Position numbers and translations under genes: made by a program. The notes under the pieces are model-generated. The model had not been told where the DNA came from. It was given only the letters and a program-made list of their open reading frames with translations, and did not search any database. Positions 12,997 through 24,700 of a stretch of DNA of 64,000 bases are shown here, piece after piece (positions within the stretch are counted from its first letter, which is position 1; every line of letters starts with the position of its first letter). The DNA comes from Setoptus koraiensis (Eukaryota; Animalia; Arthropoda), in contig CM106586.1 in NCBI GenBank assembly GCA_048013815.1, forward strand, positions 10,850,001 through 10,914,000. Reading direction: 5' to 3'.

Positions 12997-13350
12997 TCAT
13001 AAAATTGGACAATTCCTCCGTTTTCTGAACGGATTTTTCTTGGGCGACTTTTCAAAACCATTGACCAAATAATCGCTCGCTTGCGTGGTCTCAACAAAAT
13101 TCTTCACCAGGGACAAAAAAGGATTGGCGGATATGAGGCACGTGAAGAGGAAAACAAAAAGATATTAGTTTGATGTGGAACAATTGAAGTTTTACTGATT
13201 GCCACTCAAATTGCCGCTTGGGCCGCTTACCTTGAGATCGTCCAGAGCCTGCGAGACTTTTATCCTAGGAATTTCAGCTTCGCGCCTGAGCTGTTCGTTG
13301 TTGAGCTCAAGCAATTGTTCGGCGGTCAAAGGCTTCTTACGGCTTGTCAT
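12997..13350 (-). CDS. Ggamma1: Heterotrimeric G-protein gamma subunit (G-gamma1-like), 74 aa; exons 13350-13231 and 13101-12997
   Basis: Hand translation: MTSRKKPLTAEQLLELNNEQLRREAEIPRIKVSQALDDLK|NFVETTQASDYLVNGFEKSPKKNPFRKRRNCPIL*. Shows the GGL-domain motifs EQLRREA, RIKVS, DYL, NPF and a CaaX box (CPIL). Donor GTAAGC, phase 0. Confidence 0.9.
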
Positions 13351-14204
13351 GATCAACAATGTAAATAGAGTGACTAAATTAAAGATGAGTGAAGGTGGTA
13401 TAAAATGATGCTGTTCTCTCGTGAGTGTGATATGTTTTTGTTCGCAATGGATAAAATGTCCACCTAAATTAGTTGCTGTGTGTTTGTTTTTACAATGCTA
13501 GAAAACGATTTTGGTTGTTGACATATTTTTGTGATTCATTGTTTTATTGCAATATATTATACTAATGTCAGAGTGTGTGTGTATACGGTCGTCTCGTACC
13601 AAATCAGACAGCTAAAAGGCTAAAACACCAGAAATTCTAATTGTAGCCAATGGTGGTGCTAGCATATTTTCGCTGCTGGCCATATTGTCTAATTGGGTAC
13701 GCGGGCCTGTGCTTTTTATTTTTGTCTCAATCTATCGGTCTCACAAGTGCATTGGTACTACAACCGCATTGCTCGCCGCCCACCGACTATTGTTGGCGAA
13801 AATGTCTCTCTGTCTCTCTCTGTCTGTCTCTTTGGCCTATTGGCTGGCCTCGCTGGAATCGCAAGTGCTGAAAGCGTCTCGTTGGTGGTTGGGATTGGTT
13901 GTTGTTCTGTTGCTGGTGGATGGGCTCGTAGAATGCTCGTGTGTGTGTGTGTGGGTATTTATTTATTTTATGCAGTGCGGTGTATAAAATAAAACACTGA
14001 CCAATTAGGGCAAATTGCGGGGCAATGAGACAGACGACGACTTGATTGAATGAATGAACCAATGTCCAGATATGTGAATGAACGAGAATTTATGAATGAA
14101 CAAAATATATGAATGAACGCAATGTACAGTGGAGGCCACAGTGGCTGTTGTTGGCTTACTACTACCCCCAGCTAGGCCCCAGCCATTACATGGCCAGGCT
14201 GGCA

Positions 14205-14933
14205 CACGCACACACACACACGCACACCAAGCGAGCAAACAACACCAGCGATCCGATGGCCTCGATTCGGCAAGCTGTCGACGCATGCTCGGCGCCCCAA
14301 CTACCTAGCTGGCTGGCTGGCTGGCTGGCTGGCTAGCTAGCTGGCTAGCTGGATAGTAGTGGAGGATTTATGAATGAAATTTGCTCGTTCTCTCACTTGG
14401 CGTGTTTCTAGGCCAAGCTGCGAGCCTCAGTGAGTGGTTGTGTGTGTGTCTATGTGCCCTCAAATGCAGTTGGGGCCCCACACACGCACACACACACACA
14501 CACACGCACAGTTGGGGCTGGATGGGGGCCGGGGGTCGGCTGGGGTGACGCACCGATAATAACTGAGTTAGAGTTAGCTGCATCGTGTGCGTGTGTGTGT
14601 CGCCGTTGTTGCCGTTGAACAGGAAACTAGGTCAAGCAAGCACCATATGAGCCAATAGAGGAGCCGTAGTGATTTGGCACCGTTTGAGTCGCCAGCGCCA
14701 CCATTGGCTTGCCACTGCAGCCCGGCCTGTTGTGCGAACGAACGCGCATTTATATGAATGAAACTTGCCCGTGTGTCACACGCACACACACACACACACA
14801 CACACGCACACATATCCGCAGTTGCAGCAGCGGCGCTATGCCGCGGCGACTATAGCGACTTTCGCGAGCGCGCGCTCGTTAGTTTGCATCCACTTGTTTC
14901 ACTCGTTGGGCGCTTTTGTGGCCCCGCGAATCG

Positions 14934-14984
<51 letters not shown>

Positions 14985-14990
14985 ACGCAC
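14205..14990. repeat. Microsatellite cluster: several (CA)n tracts and a (CTGG/CTAG)n tract
   Basis: (CA)n near 14205, 14440, 14776 and 14935-14990; ctgg/ctag run at about 14309-14353. Confidence 0.9.
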
Positions 14991-17819
14991 GCCGTGGATC
15001 AATGAATGAACTCGTGCAAAGCCGCTCCGTATATCGGCGCGCGTCAAATTGCGGTTTATTTATATTGTTTCGCTCGGGTCGGGCCCCATCTCGCGCTGGC
15101 GGGATTCTCGCCGACTCTCGCCGACCGTCGCGGCGGTTCGCTCGCAGCCTGCAGTGGCCAATCGCACTGTCTGCGCTATGTAACACAGAGTCCGATGCAG
15201 GGGCCCCCATGACCCAGTGAGTCCATTCGTGACCAATAGAGACCAGACGCGCTGACAGCCACCAGACTGCACGGCCGGCCAGTGGCCGGATCTTGAGCGC
15301 AGTCTGGTGGCAAGTCGCTGCTATATTACAAATGTAACAAATGCAGCCGGCGCATGCAACCATGATCCAATGTGACACGCAGTTATGGCATTCATCTTTG
15401 ACGGGCGCACGAGAAAAATCTGCTCGCTAGATGGACTCTCTCTCTCTATCTAGTGTTTGATACGTGTCTGATAGCGTGACAGTGGCCAGACTAGAGACAC
15501 TGACCACTCGTCATGCACTGCAGCGCGGTGGCGCACGTCTTATTTATCTCCGCGTCCAGCCATTCGACAGTCACAGGCTATTCAAGTTTGCGCACCGTTC
15601 GGGTTGGCGCGCCGCTCGGGTTGGCGAGATACGCGCCCACAAACAGTGCACAGTTTATCGCGGGCGCGCGCGCGCGCGTTCGAAAAAAAAACGCAAGAAA
15701 AGTCATGTTCAGCTGGCAAGTTAATGGGGCCCATTCATTTAACGGGTCGGGTCCGGCGCGGCCGAACGCGCCATCGAACATTGACTAAAATATTTGTGTG
15801 TGTGTGTGTGTCATGTTTCTATATTTGCCGCGACATGTGCTCAACTGTCACGTCAGGGGCCCCGCTGAGAGCGAGCGGCTCGCCAATTGGGGCACTTAAT
15901 GATGTTTTTTTGGTTCGCTGCTGGAATAATCGGTGCGGCCCGATGGACGATACCGCGCCGACCGGGCCGCACCGATGCAGGCGGGCGCACCGACGGAGAC
16001 GGCGGCGGCACCACGGACAACTGGCAGCTTCCTTGACATCTGACAATTGTGAATTCAATTGCGACGGGGACGCAACAATATAAAAGTACCGGGCCATTTT
16101 GCGCTGCGACGCTCACGCGTCGCGATTGACGTCACTTAAAATCGCGCGCACTCACATCATTATCTGTCAATTTGGGCGAGAGCATTTCGGGACATTTGCA
16201 ACAGCGACGCCGACAACGACGCCGACACTGACAGCGCCAGTGACAGCACCAGTGACAGTGACAGCGACAGTGACAGCGACAATCTCTATCGCGGAAGAGG
16301 CGCAAAGCCGAGGAGCCGCGGATTCGTTTCTGGTTCGGCCTAGTTATCGCCAGTCGGCGGCCACCAGCAACCAGTTAGCTGCTGTAAATATTGAACTTGT
16401 CTCTATGGGTGACCTAGCGACTCGGCGGCGGCGCCGGCCGCGATCCGTCGAGTCGCTAGGCGCAATTGACTGGCAGAGCTGGCGAGCACCAGGTGAGTGT
16501 TGCGAGAATAAGAAATAAACCGCTTCAATCTTTCCCCACAGACCAATTTCGGGTCTCGCCAAGCCAGGCTCGCAGCGAGCGAGCGGACGGGCCGCGCAAC
16601 GCGCGCGCGTTCGCAAATAGGGACGCGCGCGGCGCGCTAGCTCTCGTGCAACCAACGAGCAACCGAATCTAGGTCAAACTCGAACAACAACAACAACAAC
16701 AGCGACAACAGCAACAACAACACCAGCGCCAGCCATGGAAGCTGGCGAAGAAATCCGCTCGGTCTTGACACCACAAACTGCACTCCGGTAGCGCACTCAC
16801 ACACACTCACAAACAAGTTATAACACATCGGAACACAATAGGCCCGCTCCTCGGCTAACCCGTTGCTGGTCTGTGTCGGGGGCCCCGGCCCCGGCGCGTT
16901 CATTGAGAAACAGGCGACCGGCTAAGCGAGAGCCAGGGCAGCGCAAAGGTGCGCAAAGGCGCGCTCGACATGAACAGTGTGTGTTATTTTAGCTTGGCCA
17001 ATATCGGTGACCTATCAGTTTTCATCTCGCATTACAAGCCGCGCCGTTGTTGTTGTTGCCTCTTGTCGGCGGGCCCTTCGTGAATCTTGCACGCAGCAGC
17101 TCCCCCCGACAGTGTCCAAAAGAGCGCAGCCCTCCACTGGAGCCCCTCTCAAAGAGGCCAATTTTATCTGTGAGGCATCTGTGGGTCGCTGGTCGTATCG
17201 CAACAACAACAGCGCCACCGCCAGCCGGAAGATAGATCAATCATTTCTAGATTGTACGCTCAGGCTGGCTGGCTAGACTTCTTTCTCTCGCTCAACATAC
17301 TACAAATTTACCACCTGCTATCTGTATCAGTCAATCATAAAATTGGTGTCGCACATCTTGGCACATTTTAACAAATACGGATGCAGTAGACGTGAATGAG
17401 TCCGCTCATATCGGCACCAAATTGATACAAAAGTACATGTTGCAAACTTAAAACCATCCCAACTCTGCCACGCTTCTTTGTGCGCGACCCCACAAACTCC
17501 CTCGCGATATCCCACACACTCTCCCTCACAAAATCCAACAGATACTGCCCAGCGCACAATATCGATAAGTACACACACAATACCCCTAGTCACCTGTGCC
17601 GGTCTCATAAGCTGCCTCTCCATTATTATCTTTGCACGTCATCTCACAGCGGAAATGAGACACATGACCCGTGGCGCTAAGAAAAGAGGCTCGAGAAAGA
17701 AAAATATGCATTCAATTCTGCCAAATCCGCCCACGAAATCAACTGATTCAGATGCGACTGGATCCGAAAAAAGGTTTCGAACGGTCGCGGCATTTTCCGT
17801 CTGAGCACGAAAAAATGTA

Positions 17820-17853
17820 AAAATTTCGGACGAAAATTTCGGACGAAAATTTC
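17820..17853. repeat. 13-bp tandem repeat (AAAATTTCGGACG) x2.6
   Basis: TTTC cores at 17824, 17837 and 17850. Confidence 0.8.
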
Positions 17854-18701
17854 AGATTTTCTCGTTCCTTCATCGCGAACCTGATCACTGCTCCATGTAA
17901 AGCTTGGCTGAAGGTTGTCAATCTGGAGATCAGCGCAAGTTACATTTTTGATTGGCCTTCTCAATTCGAATTTCGAAAATTGATCGCTCCATCGATCAAT
18001 CCAAGGCTTTGATTCAAAGCATTCGACTGATCGAAAATAATTGTGGACGCGAGATCGCAACGATCCACGACGTCGTCATTGTCGAGAGCTGTTAAGTGTT
18101 TTTCGTTATGAATCTCGGTCTTTTATCTCTTCGGACAAGTTGTGAAGTCTGAATTAGATGATGAGTGTTCCTCGCCACTACGAGTGTCATCACGCTGAAA
18201 TTTATTGTTTCGAAGTATCGGTCGGGGCATTCAAAACAGAGTGTATAAATGATGTATAAAATTTCTTCGGGTGTCCAGTTATTAATTGGCTCGTTGTCGA
18301 CCATTTGTTAATTGGTGCCGAGGCAGTCAGCCTTCTCGTCCAAACTGGTCGCTCCACATACTGTTGAGCATGATGCGTGCAAGAATTAATGGGATCGTTG
18401 ATTCGGTCGCCTCATTAGCATTCTCGCTACGTGGAATGGCCTCTCCGATTGGGGCTCGCATTCAGACTATCGAGACATCCACTCTAGTCACACAGTATGA
18501 TTAGTTGCAATAAATATTCGTAGCCAGCGTATTTTTTGGTTCGGGCGCCAAAGGAGAATTTCTTCGTTGTTCGCCGTACAGCAGCAGCAAATAATCAATG
18601 AAAACATTTTACATAGGACAAGATAATGCAGAAATTGCTGGCTGAAAGTAGCTCCTATTAATATCACTGTTGTCTCATCACCACAAATAAACAATGGCCG
18701 G

Positions 18702-21700
18702 CTAGACACAATAGATGGGGGCGGCCTGTGACGATTGAATCTCTATGTGGGCCATCTTGTATTGAACCTTCTCCAGCCAGCTCAATAGGCGATTGTTGAG
18801 CCTGTCGGCGTCTTGGCGCGACACATCGGGCGGCTGCCACTCGATGCACTTTTGGAGCCTCATGGCCAAGTTGCCCGATTTGCTTCTGCCCTCGTAGGCG
18901 TGAAATACCGAGTTCCATTGAGGCAGGTACTGTGTTGAAAAATTTAACCAACCAATAACAAATTTCGGTTGCGCACGAGTTCCGGTTGCGCACGAGTTCC
19001 GGTTGCGCGAGATTTTCGGTTGCGCGAGATTTTCGGTTGCGCGAGATTTTCGGTTGGAAAAGCGCGAGAGAAGAATCGAGGGTGGAAATTGGAAACGGAC
19101 AGTGGTTAGTTGGTAGTTGTTAGTGGAAATGTTGGTTCGGTGGGGCCGAAATGCCGGTTCGGTGGGCAAAAACTTACTCTGACCAAAATGGACGAATTGC
19201 TCTCGATGAGCGACTCAATTAGTTGCAAGAAATGCGTGCTCACCATCTCGGACATGACCCTGGAATGATCGACGAGTCGCAGCACGCCGGGCGTTATCTT
19301 GGCCCAAAAGTCGTCTAGCATCGATTGACAGAATTGAAATTGTTCGCTAGAGGGCGAATTTTGCTGACAAATACTCTCGCAATACATTGTCCACAATTGG
19401 CACAATAGAAAGGCGTGAAATAAACCTGACATATGGAGTACGCTCTCTTTTGATTGTTCGGCAAAGCAGGCGAGTATGACTTGCACGTGCTCGGCAACGT
19501 TGCCGTTCTTTTCCACAGGTATGGGCTGACAATTGACAGTGTGCGATTGAAAATAGTTCAAATACAGCACCGAATGCTGCAGCGAGCCCAATATAATCCA
19601 GGACAACTGTCTAATGTGCGACACACAGTCTATGAATTCGCGGGGCCCCTGCTGCAGCGACGGCGAGCTGTACAGCCAGGGCATGTAGCGCAGCACGGCC
19701 CTGTTGTCGTTTCCGTTTGTTTGGCTTATTTCTATGGCGAGAAACTGTGATATGCCCGCCTTGACGTGACCGCCGAATGTGTCCCTGTTGACGTACGAAT
19801 GATACGACGAGGCGCCCCCGCCCCCGCCCGCCGACGAGCTGATGAGGTTGTCGTTGATGCGACTAATGGCGTGCACGTCGGTGATGAATTCCAACAGGTC
19901 GCCGTTGTATTGGCGCAAGCATTCGCCCACATTTGTCACGTACGTGCCCGCCTGATTTATGATCGCTTCGTCGATTTTCAGCGTGTCCCGAATGACGCCC
20001 GGCGGCAAAATGCCGCCAACGTCCTGCAATATGAACAATATCAACAACAGCAAATTGTCCTCGAGAATCATGATGCGATACTTGACCACTTGAATGAGCT
20101 CGTAGGCTATGGTGCGCGGAATGAGATACTTTTCGCGATCGCGCCCGAACAACCGGCAACAATTGTGATCTATTTCTAGCAACTGCTCGTACCGGAACTG
20201 CGAATTCAGTATGGTGTAACTGATTATCTTAGCGTAGGGCTCCAGTATGGTCTTGCACGACGACATGTACGACACCTTGGAGGTGGACAATATGATGCGC
20301 ATAATGGGCGTCATTATCATGGAGCACGAGGACGGTATTGAGGTGTCGTTGGCGTTGTTGTTGGCGCCGGCCAGCGCGCCCGACGGCCCGTTTTGCAAAA
20401 ATTGACTTGTGGTAGAGCTGAAATTTGCCGCCGCTTGTTGCCCGCCGGACTGCTGACCCGCGCCGCCGCCCAAGCCCGGCGAACACACCCCGCTCGACTG
20501 GTGATGATTGGCCTGACTTGCGCCGCCGCCCGACGACGACGACGCGCCGCCCGTGCCCGTGTTGCCGCTGTAGCGCGGCAGCGCCAGCAACAGCTTGCGC
20601 AAGAAATTCTCCCACTGGGTCATGAACGCGGTCCACGGAGGCACCGTTATCAGGTCGGTGATGATGCACTCGAAATAGGTGGCCACATTCTCGAGAATGG
20701 TCATTAGAGACGACGCTTGGGGCAAATTCTTCTGTCGGTTGAGGTCGTCGAACAGTTTGCACAATGGCGACAACTGGTTCAAATCGGTGAAATCCGCCAA
20801 CGCGGTGGCCATGCTGCGATAAAATTCGTAATCGGTGAAATGTGACGTAAATATCTGATGGAACACGTTGTTTTCGGCGAGATCGTGCAACGAAACACGG
20901 ATAAATTGACGGGCCACCGACGACGAGCCGCCCACTAGATGCACGTTGCTGCCCGTTTGCCACGAGTAAACGTTAGACATGCTGTAACGGGCCACCAGGC
21001 GCAATATGTTGGGCAGCATGGAGGCGGCCATTGATGGCTCGTGGTGCACAAATGTCTCCAATATTATCATGCAAATAGACAAATCTTTGTCGGAAAATTC
21101 CTCAATGAACGAGTGCCTGTTTATCATGGCGATTTGTTCGTTTAGCGACGACGGCGAAGAAAAACTCATCGGAATGGGCGGAACGGGCGGCGTTGTGCTG
21201 CTGCGTTTGTTGTTGCGGCTTGCACCGCTGCCGGTGCCGTCAGCCAGCCCGCCGGCCGCTTGCTTGCTCGGGCCGGCCGCCGGCCCGAGTTGTTGTTGTT
21301 GTTGTTGTTGCTGCTGCTGTTGCTGCTTCTTGCCCCATTTCTTGCCAGTGCCGGCGGCGCGTTGCTGCGGCTTATCCGCCAGGGCTTGCTCGCAAACGGA
21401 AGTGCTGTCCAAGCTCTTGCGAATGGACGAATGGTGGCTGGCGCCCGCAACAGGTTGCTGCTGATTTTGGGCCGGTTGACGAGAGGCGGCGCTGCTGGGC
21501 GCCTGTTTTTTCTTGTTTGTCTGCTTGTTGACGAGAGACAGATTTGACGACGACGTTGACGCGTCGGGCTCAAACAGCGCATCGGCACCCGCCGCCGCCG
21601 CCGACGACGACTGTTGCGTAATGGTGGCGCTGCTGTTGGCCCGGCCCGTCAGGCCCGCTCTCGCCGTCTTAGCGCCGCCGTGCAGCGACGGCTGGTAGTG

Positions 21701-24700
21701 TTTGGTCTGGTCGGGCGACAACACCACACAGTCGGACTGTTTGGTGGCATTGTGACAACCGGAAGTCGTTGCTTGGCCACCGGAAGTTGCACCGCTGCTG
21801 CTGCTGTTTGTTAGCTGGCCAGCGCTTGATTGAGCTGCTGCTGTTGTTGGTGGTTGCGTCAGCGTAGAACAGTCTATTATCACGGAGGAAGAGGCAGATA
21901 TTGTTGGCTTGTCTGTTGTTGGCTGCTTCGATGTGAGCTGCTCGTGGCTCAATTGGGCCGCTATTGGTGGCGACATTCGAAAACCAACGAATTGGGTGTT
22001 TTCGCCGGCTCGCAGTGCCGCCGCCGCCGCATGCTCGCCGTGCCCGCCGACATGATGGGCAAAATCGCCGGCCGGCTCGTCGGGCCGCAATGGCGAACCA
22101 ACCACGTTCCGAATGGTGGAGCCGTGAGCGGCGCTGTTCAGGTGGGCGCTGTTGTTAGAGTTGAAGCCGGGCCCGATGGGCAGCAGTCGCTCGGCGGCCG
22201 GAAGCGTGATGGTGGAGTTATTTTTCGAGCTAGAGCTGGCGCTGCCCGGCGACACAAGCGACCCGATGGAACTTTGCGAGGCCACGGGCCGGGTGCGCAA
22301 TTCGCGCATATCAATGCCTATGGGCAGCAGGCGCTCCTTGGCCATGCACTGCGAGCCGCTTGCCGCGGGCAAGCGCATTGTATGCTGTGAGCCGGCGGCG
22401 GCTCCCGATTGCGAGCCGGGCTGCAACGCCGGCCCGAACGGATCGCCGGCGCCCGGCACAGCCGGACCCGTGTCGGCACCGGCGTTGTCGTTGATGTCAA
22501 CGGTGGAGGTGGCCGACGACAGCGGATACAGCTTGCTGTCGAAGGATTTCTTTTTCGATTTGGCCTTCACATTCAGGCTGTCGCTTGTGTCCGCCTTGAT
22601 GAGGGCCTTGCCGTGCCTCAACGGGCTACCGCCGCTCGTCGCCTTGAGCAGCGACGGCGAGCTAGTCGAGGGCGTGATGGTGTCCGCGCCGGCCACTGTC
22701 AACTGGTGGTGGTCGCCGCCGGAAGCCGCCTGCGGCGGATTGCCCGCCGACTGTCTGTTCGTTTGGCTCACCTGGCCACTGTCGTCGCGCCGCTGATGAT
22801 GCAAGCCCGTGTGTGTCTGAGCGGTAGTGGCAGCTGACTGTTTCAGCTGGGTGTCCGATGCGCTTGCGTGATGCGCAGCCGCTCTAGTGGCTGGCGCCAC
22901 TTCCGGTTGCAGTTTGGCGCCGCCGCTGGCTGTGGCGCCTGCCCCTGCTTGCGGCAAACTGCTTGGAATTCTGCCACAATTCGCTGCCGCCATGGATTGG
23001 TGGTGTTCGGCGAGCAATTTCGTGGGCGACATGGTCACTTTTCGGGCCGCCTTGTCGGCCGCTTGCAATCGCTGCTTGGCCCTGCTTTGGGCCGCCGTTT
23101 CGGGCGAATGATGATCGGTGGCGCTCGCGCCCTTGCCTGGTGTGCCGGCGGCGCCACCGGAAGTGGATGGTGCGCCGTTGTTGCTGGCGTGCCCATAAGC
23201 GTGATACAAGTTACAGTCCGGTGGTTGTGCAGTTTGGTTGTTGTGCAGCGACAGTGACGGCTCGTTGGCGTTTGTGCCCGCCGAGTCGCGCACCCGCATG
23301 AGGCAGCGGTCGACGGAAGTGTCCAGTTGCGAGCAGCTTAGGTGCGACTCGAGCGTGTTGATGATGATCTGCATGAGCATTTGAACTTGTTTTTTTAGAT
23401 TGGCCTGGCTGAATTGGTATTTGTAGAGGAAGGTTAGCACGGACATTAGCCACGATTGGCGCATTAGCGGATTGAGCAGCCACAGCGAATAGGTGGGCGA
23501 CTGAAGCGCGTCATATTGCACGTCTTCGGGCGCCGGACAATAGACGAGCACGGGCAAGCACGTGTCCAATATGATGCTGCCCAGCGAGTAGTTGAAGTCT
23601 AGTACGCGCGGCAGTGAGCTTAGGAAAGCGTTGAAGACGGGCAATAGTCGCAACGAGGTGGCCGGTATCAGGAAATTCTTGCGAGCGGCCGAGTAGCCCA
23701 TGAGTATATTTAGGTGACGCAATACAATTTGCTGATGCCGGGTCATGGTTTTGGCCGATTGCGGATGCGACGGATCGGGCTTCGAAAAGAACTGCATCAA
23801 CAGAAATATGAGCGAGTGGTTTGTGTCGCGGTCCTCGTCCGACACCCGATGCACCACGCTAAAGATGTGATTCTCTTGGGCGAGCTCGTTCATGACGCGC
23901 CCGTCATCTATGAGCGAATTGGGCAAATGCTGGTGCAGCTTGTCGGGCAGCAGCGGGCCCACGTTGGTGATGGCCGACATAAAACGGGAATTTTTGCGCT
24001 TTATGAGCGACTGTGACGTCAAATAGGCGATCGATTGATGGCGCGACGAGGTGCTCTTGCCGTGCTGCAGCACCTTGGCCGCCTGGCCGGCCTTGCCCGC
24101 CGCGTGGTCCGTCTGTTGCGCGGGATTGGCCGGATGCGTCTGATTCGCGGCCGGGTACGGGCCGGCCTGCTGTGCGCCGGACGGGCCGGCCTGAGGCGCA
24201 CAGTTAGCCTGATTCACACAGTTGGGGCCCAGCTGCTGCCTGTACTGGGCGCACAGGTCCTTGCGGCGCAACTGCAACTTGTCGCTCATCCGGTACGACA
24301 GCGAGCGCGACAGGTGCGTCTCGCGCAGCGCCTCCTTGGCGCGGCCGATCTTGCGCTGATACAGCTCGTTGGTGGTGTTGGCACTCTTGAGGCCCTGAAT
24401 GGCACTTCCGGTTATCTCGCCCGTCTGCTGCAGGTATATTTGGGCCTCGAGGAAGAGCGTGTCGAAGCGGTTCAAAAAGAAGTCCCACGTGAGAAAGCGC
24501 CGGTCGCTGAGATGATTGTACAACTGGAAGACGCTTTGCAGTATCATGGGCCGGTCGATGATGATGCTGTCAAACTGGGTCTCGAGGCACCACAGCAGCA
24601 GCTTCAGCGCCGACGTGTTCATCATCTCGAGGCTGAGCAGGGCCCGCTGGGCCACGGTGGCCTCTATGTCGTCCAGGCAGCGCACCACGTAACAGAAGGC

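Noticed and set aside
13650-17276. Dozens of short ORFs rich in HT/CV/AR dipeptides
   Set aside because: Translations of (CA)n and CG-rich sequence; no homology or splice support.
17327-17623. Protein-like minus-strand ORFs, possible transposon or ankyrin relic
   Set aside because: No catalytic motif, terminal repeats or target-site duplication could be identified.
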